From assembly GCF_964355755.1 (NCBI RefSeq), contig NC_092673.1, forward strand, positions 5,766,001-5,830,000: DNA of 64,000 nt, in the 5' to 3' direction. Below the pieces are notes generated by a model. The model did no database searches, had not been told where the DNA came from, and saw only the letters and a list, made by a program, of their open reading frames with translations. Below are positions 36,550 to 48,016 of this stretch, piece by piece. How positions within the stretch are numbered: the stretch's first letter is position 1; each line of letters begins with the position of its first letter. Source of the stretch: Antedon mediterranea. Its lineage: Eukaryota > Animalia > Echinodermata. Both the position numbers and the translations under genes were made by a program.

Positions 36550-38745
36550 ATGTCTGCTAAAACAGTATTGAAGGTTTTTGACAAAAGAGATCTGGAATGT
36601 CCAATCTGTCTACAAAAATTCACAGATCCAAAGGAACTTGAGTGCGATCATATTTACTGTCTAAGATGTCTGCAAGATTTGATGAAAAAACATGGCAAGA
36701 TACAATGTCCAAAATGCCGTCAGATGCATGATATAAAAATTGATGAGTTGAAAAGCATGAAGTCAAATGAAACACTAAGTAATCTAGTTGAATGTGTTGA
36801 CAAGATTGAATCTGAACAACCAGAAATCTGTTCAAGTTGTAATAATCAACCGAAACACCATTGTTCTGAATGTGAGATGTATTTGTGTTGGCAATGCATC
36901 CAACAGCATAAGAAGTTTCCTGCACTGAAGAACCATTCTCTGTACACACTGGATACTAATATAGAGGAAGATAGTCAAGATTCACTAAAATGCAAAAATC
37001 ATGTTGATAAAAAACTGGAGGATTACTGCCTAATTTGTAACCTTACTGCATGTGAAGATTGCAAACATATTGTTTGTTGTTACAGAAATAAACATGAGGT
37101 GATTCCAATGCAGACAGCTCTGAATTACATTAATTTAACTGTTACTGAAACTATGGAGATAGCTGAAAATGTTAGAGAAAAACTAAAGGAAAGATTAGAT
37201 GTTATCACTAAAAATAGAACAGAGTTAGAATCTAGTTTGAAGTTAAGCAGGACAGTGATTGAAATTCATGAGTGTACAATTATCAGAAAAGTAAAGGAGG
37301 AATCTAAGGTAATGATGGAAAATCTTACACAGATTTATGAAGAACAAAGTAAAGTTATTAATATTCATGTTGAAAATATTGAATCAAAGCTGACACAAGT
37401 AAACTCATTGATGAGCTCAATCAATAAAATGATGAATAAACCAACAGAAACAGAAAATCTTGCATTATATCAGACAACTATCACTGCAGTTGGGAATGAA
37501 GTCGCAGCAGATGAATTGGATAAATCATTTACTAAAACAAGAATTACACCAAAGTTTATTCCATCTCCAAAGTTGGCAGAGTTGATAAATCACGAAGGTG
37601 TTGGTAAACTTATAACTGTTGGTGGTGTTCACCAGGTTAATAAACTTATTAATGTTAAGGTTAATAAAAAAGATGAGAACATTTCAGTCACAAAAGGACA
37701 GCCATTTAGTGTGAAAGTATCTAGTCTAGCAGAGAGTGATGTTGGTCAATTAAAAGTTACCCTAACCCACAAATTAGGTGCGAAATCAGCCACTTTACAA
37801 GTAAACAGAAAGGAAAAGTACACAATAACAGGTAGATGCAACCTGGAAGGAGATTGGCAGATGGATATCACTGATGGAGTTATGTCACATGTCATATGTT
37901 CACCAGTGAGTATCAAGGTGCAACCTCTTGGACATGTACATACCATAGATAATATATCAGAGTATAAAGAACATGATAAAAATAAAAATAATGTGACTAA
38001 TGTAGTATTAGATACGGATAGATGTATGTTAGTGTCAGGCTACAGTAGAGAGTTAATAAAATTTGATCAATCAGGTTGTTTTGTTTCTAGATTACAATTA
38101 CCACAAAATGTGAGTGCTCCTTACATGCATCATATAGGAAATGGTCACATGGTGTATACTGATAGAGTAAATATCTGTGTTGTAATGTGTGATAATCAAT
38201 ATCAGGCAATCCAAACCTTTGGTAAAGGAGTATTAAAACTTCCACTGGGAGTAATAGTAAACCAAGAAACCAGGATCTTATATGTAGCAGATCGTAAATG
38301 TCACTGTGTGTTTAAATTCAATATTGATGATGGTAGCCTACTGGGCAAGATAGATTCTGAAGGAAGTAAAGCAGGTCAAATGAAAGAACCAGAAGATGTT
38401 GCTGTAACTAAAGATGGTCATTTGATTGTTGCTGATAAGGCAAATAACAGATTACAAATATTTGATGTTAATGGCAAGCTGAGAAAGATCCTTGTAGGCT
38501 CTGGTAAAGAAGATGGTAAAGTATGGACTCCTTATGGGTTAACTATAGATATGGATGACAATATAATAGTATCTAGTATGAATAAACTACAACTATTTGA
38601 TCAAAATGGTAAATTTATTAAACGAATAGATAAGGAAGATGATGGGTTGAATTATCCAGTAGGGATTGCTGTAATCTCTAACAGACCACGAAGAGTTGCA
38701 GTGGCAAACCATGGAGCACAAAATGTTAAAATATTCAATTATTAA
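36550..38745 (+). CDS. Intact single-exon TRIM-NHL E3 ubiquitin ligase (TRIM2/3/71-like architecture), 731 aa
   Basis: TTTTACAG|ATG at 36550. RING CPIC...CDHIYCLRC...CPKC, two B-boxes, coiled coil, filamin-like Ig domain, and NHL repeats (PEDVAV...LIVADKANNRLQIFD). Confidence 0.93.
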   Translation: MSAKTVLKVFDKRDLECPICLQKFTDPKELECDHIYCLRCLQDLMKKHGKIQCPKCRQMHDIKIDELKSMKSNETLSNLVECVDKIESEQPEICSSCNNQPKHHCSECEMYLCWQCIQQHKKFPALKNHSLYTLDTNIEEDSQDSLKCKNHVDKKLEDYCLICNLTACEDCKHIVCCYRNKHEVIPMQTALNYINLTVTETMEIAENVREKLKERLDVITKNRTELESSLKLSRTVIEIHECTIIRKVKEESKVMMENLTQIYEEQSKVINIHVENIESKLTQVNSLMSSINKMMNKPTETENLALYQTTITAVGNEVAADELDKSFTKTRITPKFIPSPKLAELINHEGVGKLITVGGVHQVNKLINVKVNKKDENISVTKGQPFSVKVSSLAESDVGQLKVTLTHKLGAKSATLQVNRKEKYTITGRCNLEGDWQMDITDGVMSHVICSPVSIKVQPLGHVHTIDNISEYKEHDKNKNNVTNVVLDTDRCMLVSGYSRELIKFDQSGCFVSRLQLPQNVSAPYMHHIGNGHMVYTDRVNICVVMCDNQYQAIQTFGKGVLKLPLGVIVNQETRILYVADRKCHCVFKFNIDDGSLLGKIDSEGSKAGQMKEPEDVAVTKDGHLIVADKANNRLQIFDVNGKLRKILVGSGKEDGKVWTPYGLTIDMDDNIIVSSMNKLQLFDQNGKFIKRIDKEDDGLNYPVGIAVISNRPRRVAVANHGAQNVKIFNY

Positions 38746-39263
38746 AATAACTGTAAAACATGGGAACAAATCAATACTCAACCTGCAATTTATACATCAA
38801 AATAATTTATAATCTATGTTTAATAAATTAAAAGAGGCAACAGTCACATACCTCTTGAACCAAAGTCCGATGTAGCCTTAAAGAAAAAGGAGGTGTGGGG
38901 CGGGGGGAGGGTTTGTTTTGTAGTTTGTGAACAAACCAAAAATTGACTTGGGAAAGCAATATTATGAATAAAATAACCATTCCATCAGGGAAATCAGTTC
39001 TTGCCCTGGTTCATGTGTTGAGCATGGGAATAATTGTACACACCATTGCACAGCTGATGGAGTGTATCTTAATTAATAAAATCTTATGTGCTGTTTTTAA
39101 TATTGAAAGTAACTTTTTTTTAGTTTAATAAAACTAATGTACAATATATTTTACACAATCATTTTTAAACATTTAAGAAAGCAACATTATCCATGATCTT
39201 CCTTTGTTAAAGCAAGTGTACAAACAATGACAAGTATTTTTCACTTTTAATTTGATTCCTAAA

Positions 39264-39323
39264 AAAAAGTAATCTGTATAATTTACTGTATTTTAATACA
39301 GTAAATTATACAGATTACTTTTT
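39264..39323. repeat. Perfect palindrome with 29-bp arms and a 2-nt spacer
   Basis: AAAAAGTAATCTGTATAATTTACTGTATT-tt-AATACAGTAAATTATACAGATTACTTTTT. Confidence 0.9.
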
Positions 39324-40049
39324 AAAATCATTTAAATGTACAAATTTAGAATTTTGGTTAATATACTTATAAATATAAAACTTAATAAATAATTTTATCT
39401 AATTTTCTTGTAAAATATACTTTTATAAAAGTTTTAATTAGTAATTGTTTTGTAATGTTGGAATAACATCAAAAGAAGTTAACACTAATATTAGAATATG
39501 CTAATTCAATCAGTTGTTTAAAGTAAATATAATGATCAAATACAAAGAAGACATATAATAATTGACTATACTTTATACATATAGTAGTTGTATAATAATC
39601 AAATTCATCTAAAACTAGAAAGCCACTCCGAGAGTGCATACCTCCGCCTACTGTAAAATTCTTCTACATCAGATGTAGTCACCGGAAAGTGTGTGTCTTA
39701 ATGCTGTGTGTGATTTAGGCTAATTTCACTACAAGCATGTGTATGCGAGTTTGGTGTAAAGGTTATGTAACCCACCTTTCAACTAACAATAGCTTCACCC
39801 GACTAACAAGTTAGGTTATCCGCCGCGCAAACACCTTGTGCATGTTATACGCTAGAATATTGCACACAGAAAAAGATTATGCCATTATGACCTGAAGAAA
39901 ATAAAATGTTAGTGTGCCCTTTATTTGTGTCATGTCTAAGTATATATAAATTTTTAACATGACGTCATCAAAATGAAACATGTAGATAGCAATTTTGGAA
40001 GGGAATTATCTGAGCAACAACATATTAATGTGTTGAAGAAATCTGGATA

Positions 40050-41319
40050 CAGTATTGTTCCTAATAAACACCCCCGGGGCATTGCATTTTTAAAAAATGG
40101 GGGAGTTTGTTAGGGGTGAAATGTAAAAATCATAAATAGAGCTAAGGCCCTATATGAGACCAACATCCGCCCTCAACTTGATGAAAAGTTCTAACAACTC
40201 AAAAGGTCTTCATGAACCAGACGCCTTGTATCAATTCCGTGTTGTGTGAATAATTAAAACATGCGATTGTCTGATCCCCGTTGTTTTCCTGGTTTTTAAA
40301 GACCTGGGGCCAGATTTATCAATATATCTTAGCAAAAAAATTTGCTTAATTTTGTCTTAAATCTAAGACGAACAACACCCTGCCTTAAGATGAAAAATTT
40401 CGTCTTATCTCATTTCTGCAACAGAAACATTCTTTTTTGACAACGCGAGCGCGCTAGGCCGGAACATTGAACATTCGGAAAGGCTACGCTAGTGCGTTTT
40501 ACGCTGTACTACGGACGCTAAAATAATGATATCGATCTTCATAAAGATGGCCTAGAAATTGGACGAGCAAAACTAATATTTTCGGGATAGGTACGACCCA
40601 ATTGACTAGCTTTTAGAAAACTGTATCGGCTGCCAAGGGTCGCTGTCAATGATAAAAATAAATAAATGTTGATTTGATTTAAGTTTCGAGCGAATGATTT
40701 TCTTATGTATTTCCGACTGTTGTGCTCTTTCTCTATTTCAAGTAATAAAAACAATAGTAGCCAGAATACGCCCTCTCTTGTTGGGAGTGAAAATACGGAG
40801 ATAAAATGTTATAGCGCCGCCATCGCTAAGAGAAAAAAGCTAATACGCATGCGTAAGCAAGAATTTTTCGTCTTAAGACATAATTTGCTGCCCTCTAGAG
40901 TTTAATTTTGCGCATGTGCAAAGTAAAATTTACCTAAGACAATTTTTCTGCTAAGACATTGCTAAGACGGTTTGATAAATAAGATTAAGTTATTTGCTTA
41001 AGCACTTCTTAAATATTTCAGCTTAAGCAAAAATATAAGCAAATATTGATAAATGCCAACCCAGCGATGTATGTTTCGCGAATTAAAAAAAAACGTCCAG
41101 TGTCCTACATGCGCGAATTACCCTACGCGCTTGTCACGCTGTTAGCGTACATCGTTATCACAGCCGCTGAAAAATGTGACTTTCTGGGCTGAAAACCAAT
41201 TCTAAACGTGAGAATCCTCTGTTTATATAGATTGCGCACTAAGGTGTGTTAATTAGAAAATGAAAAAAAAAATGAAGGGGGCGTTTATTCGGGCGGGGCG
41301 TTTATTAGGAACAATACGG
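40050..41319. mobile_element. Tc1/mariner-type MITE with TA target duplication
   Basis: TA|CAGTATTGTTCCTAATAAAC...GTTTATTAGGAACAATACGG|TA. The host reading GAAGAAAT.TG.ATACGT is restored on removal. Confidence 0.8.
40307..41061. mobile_element. Nested MITE, possibly Harbinger-type, inside the mariner-type MITE
   Basis: Imperfect TIRs GGGCCAGATTTATCAATA / TATTGATAAATGCCAACC flanked by CTG and CAG. Internal CTTAGC/GCTAAG/TAAGAC subrepeats. Confidence 0.6.
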
Positions 41320-42114
41320 TACGTAGAATATGGATGCGCGCTATTTTAAATGTCATGAACTATCACGCAAAATATGAAAATACGACTTTTATAATTCAAC
41401 TGGCCATATGATGACATCACAAAAATCTGATGCACAACATTTTTACATGAATTTTTATCTAAAATTCAACAGCTTTCAGAAAATGTTTTAATCATGAATA
41501 ACACTTTTTATCTTGAGGAGCTATAGCATATTGAAATTTACTGTAATGATGAAAATAAGTGACTCCAGTGTTTCACGCTTTTGATCATGATGACGTCATT
41601 AACAATTTTTTAAATGGTAAATCAGGCGAAAGATAATTGATTGACCTAGACAATATAAAAAAAGGGGGGAAATGGAATTGACTTTTTCATCAAAATGCGC
41701 ACGAATTGTCTAATTCAACATGCTCGTATGACATGATTTTAAGTCGAAATGGTTTCAAATTTGATAAAATTTTTAGTTCAATGCGAATGTAAGAGGAAGT
41801 TCCCGACGAAGTATAAATGTACATATTCCAGGGTAGGAGCATTAACTCCCGGCCCACACACATACAACTAGTATATAGGCCTACTACCTAGCGAAACAAC
41901 ATAACCATACGATGCAACATTAGAAGTTAATAAATAGGATATAATGTCTGCTAATATTTTGTATCAATATTAAAATTAAAGAAAGAAATATGAAAATCTG
42001 ACTTGTAGTTTTCGAAATATATAGGGTTCAAAACAATCGTTTTTAGCCACGAACGAGTAAATAAATTGCACCCTCAGTTGGCAATTGTATGGACTTTGTG
42101 TGTTAGATAGGCAG

Positions 42115-42350
42115 TAGTCCTCAGAGACAACGGCACACATGTGATAAAATTCTTCCGCAGTCTGTTGATTTGCGTCAACCAATCAAAGGGTGAGAATCCA
42201 AAATCGTTTAACCGTGAGCCCTCATAGACTCTTTTTTCCCAGACGTTTTTTGGGTCCAGCAGCTTGGACCTATCAATTAGTCAAGTTTACAAAATATTAA
42301 AACTGTCAGCCTTCGATATATAGCTTTCGCTATTGATTATGTCCTCTGGG
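42115..42350. repeat. Dispersed repeat; inverted copy at 55370-55597
   Basis: GCGTCAACCAATCAAAGGGTGAGAATC...GTGAGCCCTCATAGACTCTTTT versus its reverse complement at 55476-55545. Confidence 0.7.
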
Positions 42351-42834
42351 GTTTTAGCTGGCTAAAGCCATGGCGCGAAAAAAAGAAGTTATACTGTATT
42401 ATTAGTGTAATCCATTTCTTAACACAATAATTCTACAAATTAACCTACATTTGTTTGTATTAACTAGGTGGCTGTTTGAATTACGAAATAAACACTTATA
42501 CTACTGCTGTATAGTATATCTTGCATTTTTGTTTTGATTCAATAGAGATTTAAAATTTTCAAGCAGAAAAAATAAAAAAATCATTATAATACAATGTAAA
42601 TGCTAATTATACTATTATAGACACAATTCTCATCATACAATATAGCATGTTTCTAAAATGTTGTTATATAAAGGCTTCCTAAACCACTAAAGGGCTTGCA
42701 AAGGAACGTGCACATGAGGGCTTATACAGAAGAGTTTGTACAAAACGTTTGGCCAATTAGAGGTTAGTTTAATTTATATTTAATTAAAATATTCAAAATG
42801 TTTGCTCAGTATTATCTGTTTCCTTATTAAATAC

Positions 42835-43039
42835 TGTTATGTTATATATATCGATAATAAATGAAGAAACTCTCAAGTATAATAAGGATAGTCTTTATTG
42901 TAAGAAGTCTGTAACTGAACTGTACAAAGTGATATCAGTAAGGTGGCTCGTGATTGGTTAATCTATATCGTATGACTATGGTGTCTTATTACTTTATACA
43001 GTATATAGGTCGCTATACTAAAGCAGTATTATTATAACA
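42835..43039 (-). repeat. 3' LTR (205 bp); polypurine tract AGGAGGGAGA adjacent at 43040-43049
   Basis: Near-identical to 51505-51699 apart from a ~10-bp indel and one or two substitutions. Confidence 0.95.
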
Positions 43040-43219
43040 TCTCCCTCCTAGGATTATTTAAAGTTTGTTTGGATGAGGGGTTTATCTATCGTTGCGTTAC
43101 GATGTTTACAATGCTATAGATATTTATTTTATTAACTTTAAGCATGCTATTAATTCTCTTCTATATTCTAATTTCTATATTTTTTTTAAATGTCCTCTAT
43201 ATATCATTGTTCATAATGT

Positions 43220-46204
43220 TCAATCTCTTAGTTTTGGTGGTTGCTTGCAAATCCGTTTTGGTCTGTCGTGTATCGCTAATGGTGGTAATTTTCTTGTTTC
43301 CGTTAGGGGTTCTTGATCCTTGTTGATACTAGTAGTTAGTTCTTGTCTTGGTGTCTCTACGTTTTGTGGCGGTGGTGGATTTTCAGATAATTGTGGTTTG
43401 TTGTTTTCTTGTGTGGCTGGTGGTACTGGTTTCGGTTTATCTGGTTTGATATTTATTCTGTCTCTTGTATATTGTGATCCGGATGCTGTTTGAACGGTAT
43501 ATTTTCTTGGTGAGTGTTGGGTGATTACGGTAGCTGGTGTCCATGTCGAATTTGGTTTCGTTTGGAATCTACATGGTTGTCCGATGTAGATTGATGTACT
43601 TGTGTCCGTAGGTTGTCCTTCGTATGCGGCTGTTCTTTTTTTAAGGTTTTCTCCGTATTGTTTTGCTACGGAATTTGGTGTGTTATTTATGGCAGGTAGG
43701 TTGGTTTTGATATTCCGGTGTCCGAACATTAGTGTGAATGGGGACGGGATGTCTGTTGAAATCGGTGTGTCTCTAAGAACGCATAGTATCTCGTTCATGT
43801 CTGTAAGTGTGCTCTTTTTTAGAAGTTGTTTTACAGTGGCAATGTTTCTTTCTGCTCTGCCATTTCCGGATTGGTGGTATGGTGCGCTTGTGGTATGAAT
43901 TATTTCATGTTGTCTGCAATATTCTTCAAACTCACTGCTCACTAGCTGTGGCCCATTGTCAGACATCATTGTCTCTGGATATCCGAACATTGAAAATGTT
44001 TTATCTAGTTTTGTGTATACTGCCTTGCTATTTGTGCTGCTCAGCTTATCAACCCAGACGTATGCCGTGTAATAGTCGACACATATGAGAAAGTTTTGGT
44101 TCTGGATTTCGAACAAGTCGATTCCGATACGCTGCATTGGCGTGTTGGCGTGTATTGGGATTATTGGTGGCTTCTTTTGATTTCTCTGGTATGTCTGACA
44201 GAGGTCACAATCCGTTATCATTTGCTCTATATCAGCGTTCAATCCAGGCCAATATAAGCTCTGTCTCGCACAGAGGCGGGTCTTCTCTATTCCTTGGTGC
44301 TGCTTATGCAGTATTCCAAGGAGTTTCTTTCTCATGGATGTTGGGATAACGATTCTTTGTCCTTTGATGACAATTCCATCATATATGGCCAGTTCTGATC
44401 GATGCTGCCAGTAGGCGTGCGTGAATTCGTTGCATTGGTTCTTTTGCGTTGGCCATCCCTCTACTATATATGGGATGAGTGCTTGTAGGACAGTGTCTGT
44501 TTTAGTTTTCTCTCTGATATTGTCGATGACAAAAGGTGCCATGTTTGTGACTTCATGGACTTGTACATTCATGTCAGGATAAGTGAAGGGTTCACCTTTG
44601 GTCTCGATGCATCTGGATAGACAGTCTGCTATAGGTACTTGTTTTCCTGGTACGTATTTTATCTTGCCATTATATCCTTGTAGTTGTAGCATTAGTCTTT
44701 GTAGACGCGTTGGCATTTTAGAGAGGTCTTTCTTTTGGATGCTTTCCAGTGGTTGGTGGTCTGTATGTATTGTGAAGTGTTTCCCAAACACATATGTTCT
44801 AAAATATTTCACAGACCATACCACTGCGAGTAGTTCCCTCTCGATGTTGCTATAATTTGATTCAGCATTTGTTAGTGACTTTGATGCATAGTGTACTGGT
44901 CGGTCATTTTGCATCAGTACGGCTCCAAGTCCCTTTTGAGATGCGTCACATTGGATCGTTATCTCCTCTTTGCTATCGAAATACGCAAGTGTTGGGGCGT
45001 CTTGGATTCTCTTTTTTATTTTTGTTAGTGCATCGTCGTGTGTGTTTGTCCACTTGAAGACTGTGTCTTTCTGGAGAAGCCTTCTGATTGGATCGGTAAG
45101 TGGAGCTAGCTTTAAGAATTTTGACAAGTAATTTATGAGTCCTAGTAATGACATCAGTTCTTGTCTGTCGGTTGGGGCTTTCAATTTGCTTATTGCCTTA
45201 ACCTTTGATGGGTCAGGCCGCATGCCCTCTTTGGATAACATATGTCCAAAGAATTTTACACTATCTTGTAGGTAACGACACTTTTCAGAATTTAGCTTGA
45301 TGCCGCTTGTTCGACAGGTTCTAAATATGTCTGTGACTGCTTTGTCATGTTCTTGTCTTGTTTCGGCTGCTACCAATAAATCGTCTGCGATGCAATACAC
45401 ATTTGGAATATTTTGGAAGAGTGCATCCATTTCTCTTTGGAAGAGATCTTGTGAACTTGAAAGTCCAAATGCTAGTCGCTTAAAGCAGAATCTTCCATAT
45501 ATAGTGTTAAATGTCGTCAGTGCTTGACTGTCTTCATGTAGCGGGATATTCCAATAGCCACTACGTACATCAAATGTACTGAAATGTTGACATCCACTTA
45601 ATCTAGGAAGTACCTCGTCGAGGGTTTGTGTGTAGTGATGAGGTCGCTGAATGTATTTATTTAGGTTTCTTGGGTCAAGACAGATTCTTAGTGTTTTATA
45701 TGGTTTTGTAACTAAGACTATGGAATTTACCCATTCTGTTGGCTCGTCCATCTGTCTGATAATGTCCAAGTCTAACAGTCTGTCCAGCTCTTTTCTTAGA
45801 GGTATTTTGAGTACATCCGGCATTTTGCGGACGGGATTCACCACAGGTGTAGCTTCATTTGATAGTTTAATTTTATAGGGTGTTTTCATACATCCTATGC
45901 CTGTGAAGATGTCTTTGTGTTGTTGGATTACTTCCTCTTTTTTGTCTGTTTTTCTTTCCGACACCTCGCAAACATCAAAGTGTCCATTGCAATCGATGCA
46001 TTGATCGTCGCATAAAATTCTAACAATTCCCAGTGCTTTGCAAAGTTTCAGTCCAAATAGGTTATTCCCATAGCTTGACACGTGGAATTTAGTTTTGTTC
46101 ACGATGTGACTATTATGTTCTGTGTCAACCGTTATCTCACCATGGTTCTGAAATTTTCTACCTCCATATCCAGTTAGGATTATGTTGGTTTTCTTGATCG
46201 TGTA
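43220..46204 (-). CDS. pol: Gypsy pol: protease C-part, RT, RNase H, integrase (open from the Harbinger junction)
   Basis: LRICLDPRNLN and IADD (RT); CDASQKGLGAVL and ERELLAVV (RNase H); H-H-C-C, IDLF and SDNGPQ...GRAER (integrase). Confidence 0.93.
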   Translation of the reverse strand, partial: YTIKKTNIILTGYGGRKFQNHGEITVDTEHNSHIVNKTKFHVSSYGNNLFGLKLCKALGIVRILCDDQCIDCNGHFDVCEVSERKTDKKEEVIQQHKDIFTGIGCMKTPYKIKLSNEATPVVNPVRKMPDVLKIPLRKELDRLLDLDIIRQMDEPTEWVNSIVLVTKPYKTLRICLDPRNLNKYIQRPHHYTQTLDEVLPRLSGCQHFSTFDVRSGYWNIPLHEDSQALTTFNTIYGRFCFKRLAFGLSSSQDLFQREMDALFQNIPNVYCIADDLLVAAETRQEHDKAVTDIFRTCRTSGIKLNSEKCRYLQDSVKFFGHMLSKEGMRPDPSKVKAISKLKAPTDRQELMSLLGLINYLSKFLKLAPLTDPIRRLLQKDTVFKWTNTHDDALTKIKKRIQDAPTLAYFDSKEEITIQCDASQKGLGAVLMQNDRPVHYASKSLTNAESNYSNIERELLAVVWSVKYFRTYVFGKHFTIHTDHQPLESIQKKDLSKMPTRLQRLMLQLQGYNGKIKYVPGKQVPIADCLSRCIETKGEPFTYPDMNVQVHEVTNMAPFVIDNIREKTKTDTVLQALIPYIVEGWPTQKNQCNEFTHAYWQHRSELAIYDGIVIKGQRIVIPTSMRKKLLGILHKQHQGIEKTRLCARQSLYWPGLNADIEQMITDCDLCQTYQRNQKKPPIIPIHANTPMQRIGIDLFEIQNQNFLICVDYYTAYVWVDKLSSTNSKAVYTKLDKTFSMFGYPETMMSDNGPQLVSSEFEEYCRQHEIIHTTSAPYHQSGNGRAERNIATVKQLLKKSTLTDMNEILCVLRDTPISTDIPSPFTLMFGHRNIKTNLPAINNTPNSVAKQYGENLKKRTAAYEGQPTDTSTSIYIGQPCRFQTKPNSTWTPATVITQHSPRKYTVQTASGSQYTRDRINIKPDKPKPVPPATQENNKPQLSENPPPPQNVETPRQELTTSINKDQEPLTETRKLPPLAIHDRPKRICKQPPKLRD

Positions 46205-46379
46205 CTAGAGAGTTTACGAAACACGACGGGAGCTCAGACAACGAGTGATTGACAGTGATAGCCACGCCCACTGGCGACACTGCGCCTGCGTAAGTAATTT
46301 CACCAGTTGTCGTCTAGTAGCAGACAACTGCAAAATTGCTGTTTTGCAGTTCACAGTGCACGAAAAAAAAATACAAACA

Positions 46380-47551
46380 ATGACTTCTCAATTAGCTGCC
46401 CAAAGTATGTATATTTGGTTATGTTTATATTTAAAATGATCATCAATTAAATAATGGGATCCTAAATAATGTTTGCATCGATTTCTGATTTATGACCTAA
46501 TTTAATAATAGATAAAATTATCACTTAAAATAAAGTGCCATTTGCTGCCTAAAAAAGTAGGCTAGAAAGAATAGGCCGCAGGTTGGCGCACCTAGACTAG
46601 GCCTAATAGCTATTACTATCTAAGCTTAGGCTACTACTAGGCCTAACTAAACTACGGCCTATTCTATGCCTAGTCCTCCTACATATACTAAGTCACTAAC
46701 TAGGCTGGGAAGGCCCTCTATTTTTTTACCTCCTATTCATATTGCCACGCTGTGTAGGTAGGCCAGGCCTATAATAGGCCTAGCTAGGTTAGCTAGGCCT
46801 AGGCCTAATTGTTTTTTTTTAAATATAGGTAGGCCTAGCCTAGGCTAGGCCTATATATTTTTGTGGCAATCCAAGTTGAATGTTTAGCCTGGCTAGCATT
46901 AGACTAGGCCTAGCCTCTAATGGTAGGCCACCTACCTAGGTTGCCTACTACTGGCCCTAGCCTAGGCTAGGCCTAGTTAGTAGTATAGTACTAACTATAT
47001 GCTAGTAGGCTCGAGCAAGACACACAAATTTAGCTTTTGGCGCAACCCATCCTACTTCTAGAGACTAGCTAGGTCATACCAGTCATTTTTCATCCAGACC
47101 TGTCTACATTGGTTTACCTAGATTTGGTTTGAGGCCTAGCCTATAATATACTGAGCTATAACAACATCAATGACAGAATAGTTTTATTCTGTAGTGTTAT
47201 TGATTGATATTATACATACATTTTTTATCCTATTTTAGCAAAAAAAATATCTCCAACTAAGAAGTGGTCTCCAGAAAAGGATGACCAGTTAGTGAAGGAA
47301 ATGATACATTGGATCCTTTCCAGTACAGAGAAAGAAGGCAGCAACACGGAAAAGTATGGAAAGACATTGCAGGCAATCTTTCACCATCTTTCGACTTTAA
47401 CTTAGATGGAAGAAATGTAAGGGATAGATGGAATCTATTAAAGGACAAGTTGAGGGCAAAATTGAATAATGAGATAAGAGGGTCTGGTATCGCTCCATCA
47501 GCATTATCAGAAACAGAAGCTGCAATAGAAGATTTGCTAAGTCAGGAGTAA
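46380..47551 (+). pseudogene. Harbinger Myb/SANT-like DNA-binding gene (exons 46380-46404 and 47239-), frameshifted
   Basis: MTSQLAAQ|GTATGT...TTTTAG|TKKISPTKKWSPEKDDQLVKEM, then a shift near 47307 to DPFQY...KVWKDIAGNL...VRDRWNLL. Confidence 0.75.
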
Positions 47552-48016
47552 AATGCCTTAAACATAAGATCAGAGAGTGGTGATGCAGCCACAGCACGAG
47601 CTGCAGGTGAAGAGGTCGTGAGGTGGTTTCCCGAATGATCGTAAAATCAAAACGGTACTGGGTATGACCAACTAGCGTTATTGTCACCGACTAGTCATCC
47701 ATTCATATAAGTACTGATGTAGTAGCCTACCTGTACGGTGACCATATAATGTGACCCGAGGCATGACTAACTACGACTTTTAGTTGATAGAAGATTGAAA
47801 AAATTGTTAATAAGAGTTGTACTGTATGTGGATGTTTAATGAAATTATGTCAATAATGTTTACACACTAGGCATATAAATAGGGATAAGAAATTGTATTT
47901 TTAGGTTTCTTCTATAGCCCTCTCTGTTTTTGATAAAGGTGGTCTCCCATCTAACTTAAAACCATTAAAAGATTACTTGCTGAGTCCTTTAAAGTGTATA
48001 TACTGTATAAGGTAAT

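Larger units (their letters stand above)
39613..41772 (-). mobile_element. Composite Helentron-like relic: end of the 27627 family joined to the body of the 1.6-kb family
   Basis: 39613-39808 matches 27627-27842. From 39814 (GGTTATCCGCCGCGCAA) it matches the array unit, interrupted at 40050-41319. Confidence 0.7.

Noticed and set aside
43602-45878. Several plus-strand ORFs over pol, and similar antisense ORFs over the TRIM exons
   Set aside because: They are shadow ORFs of the opposite-strand coding sequence.
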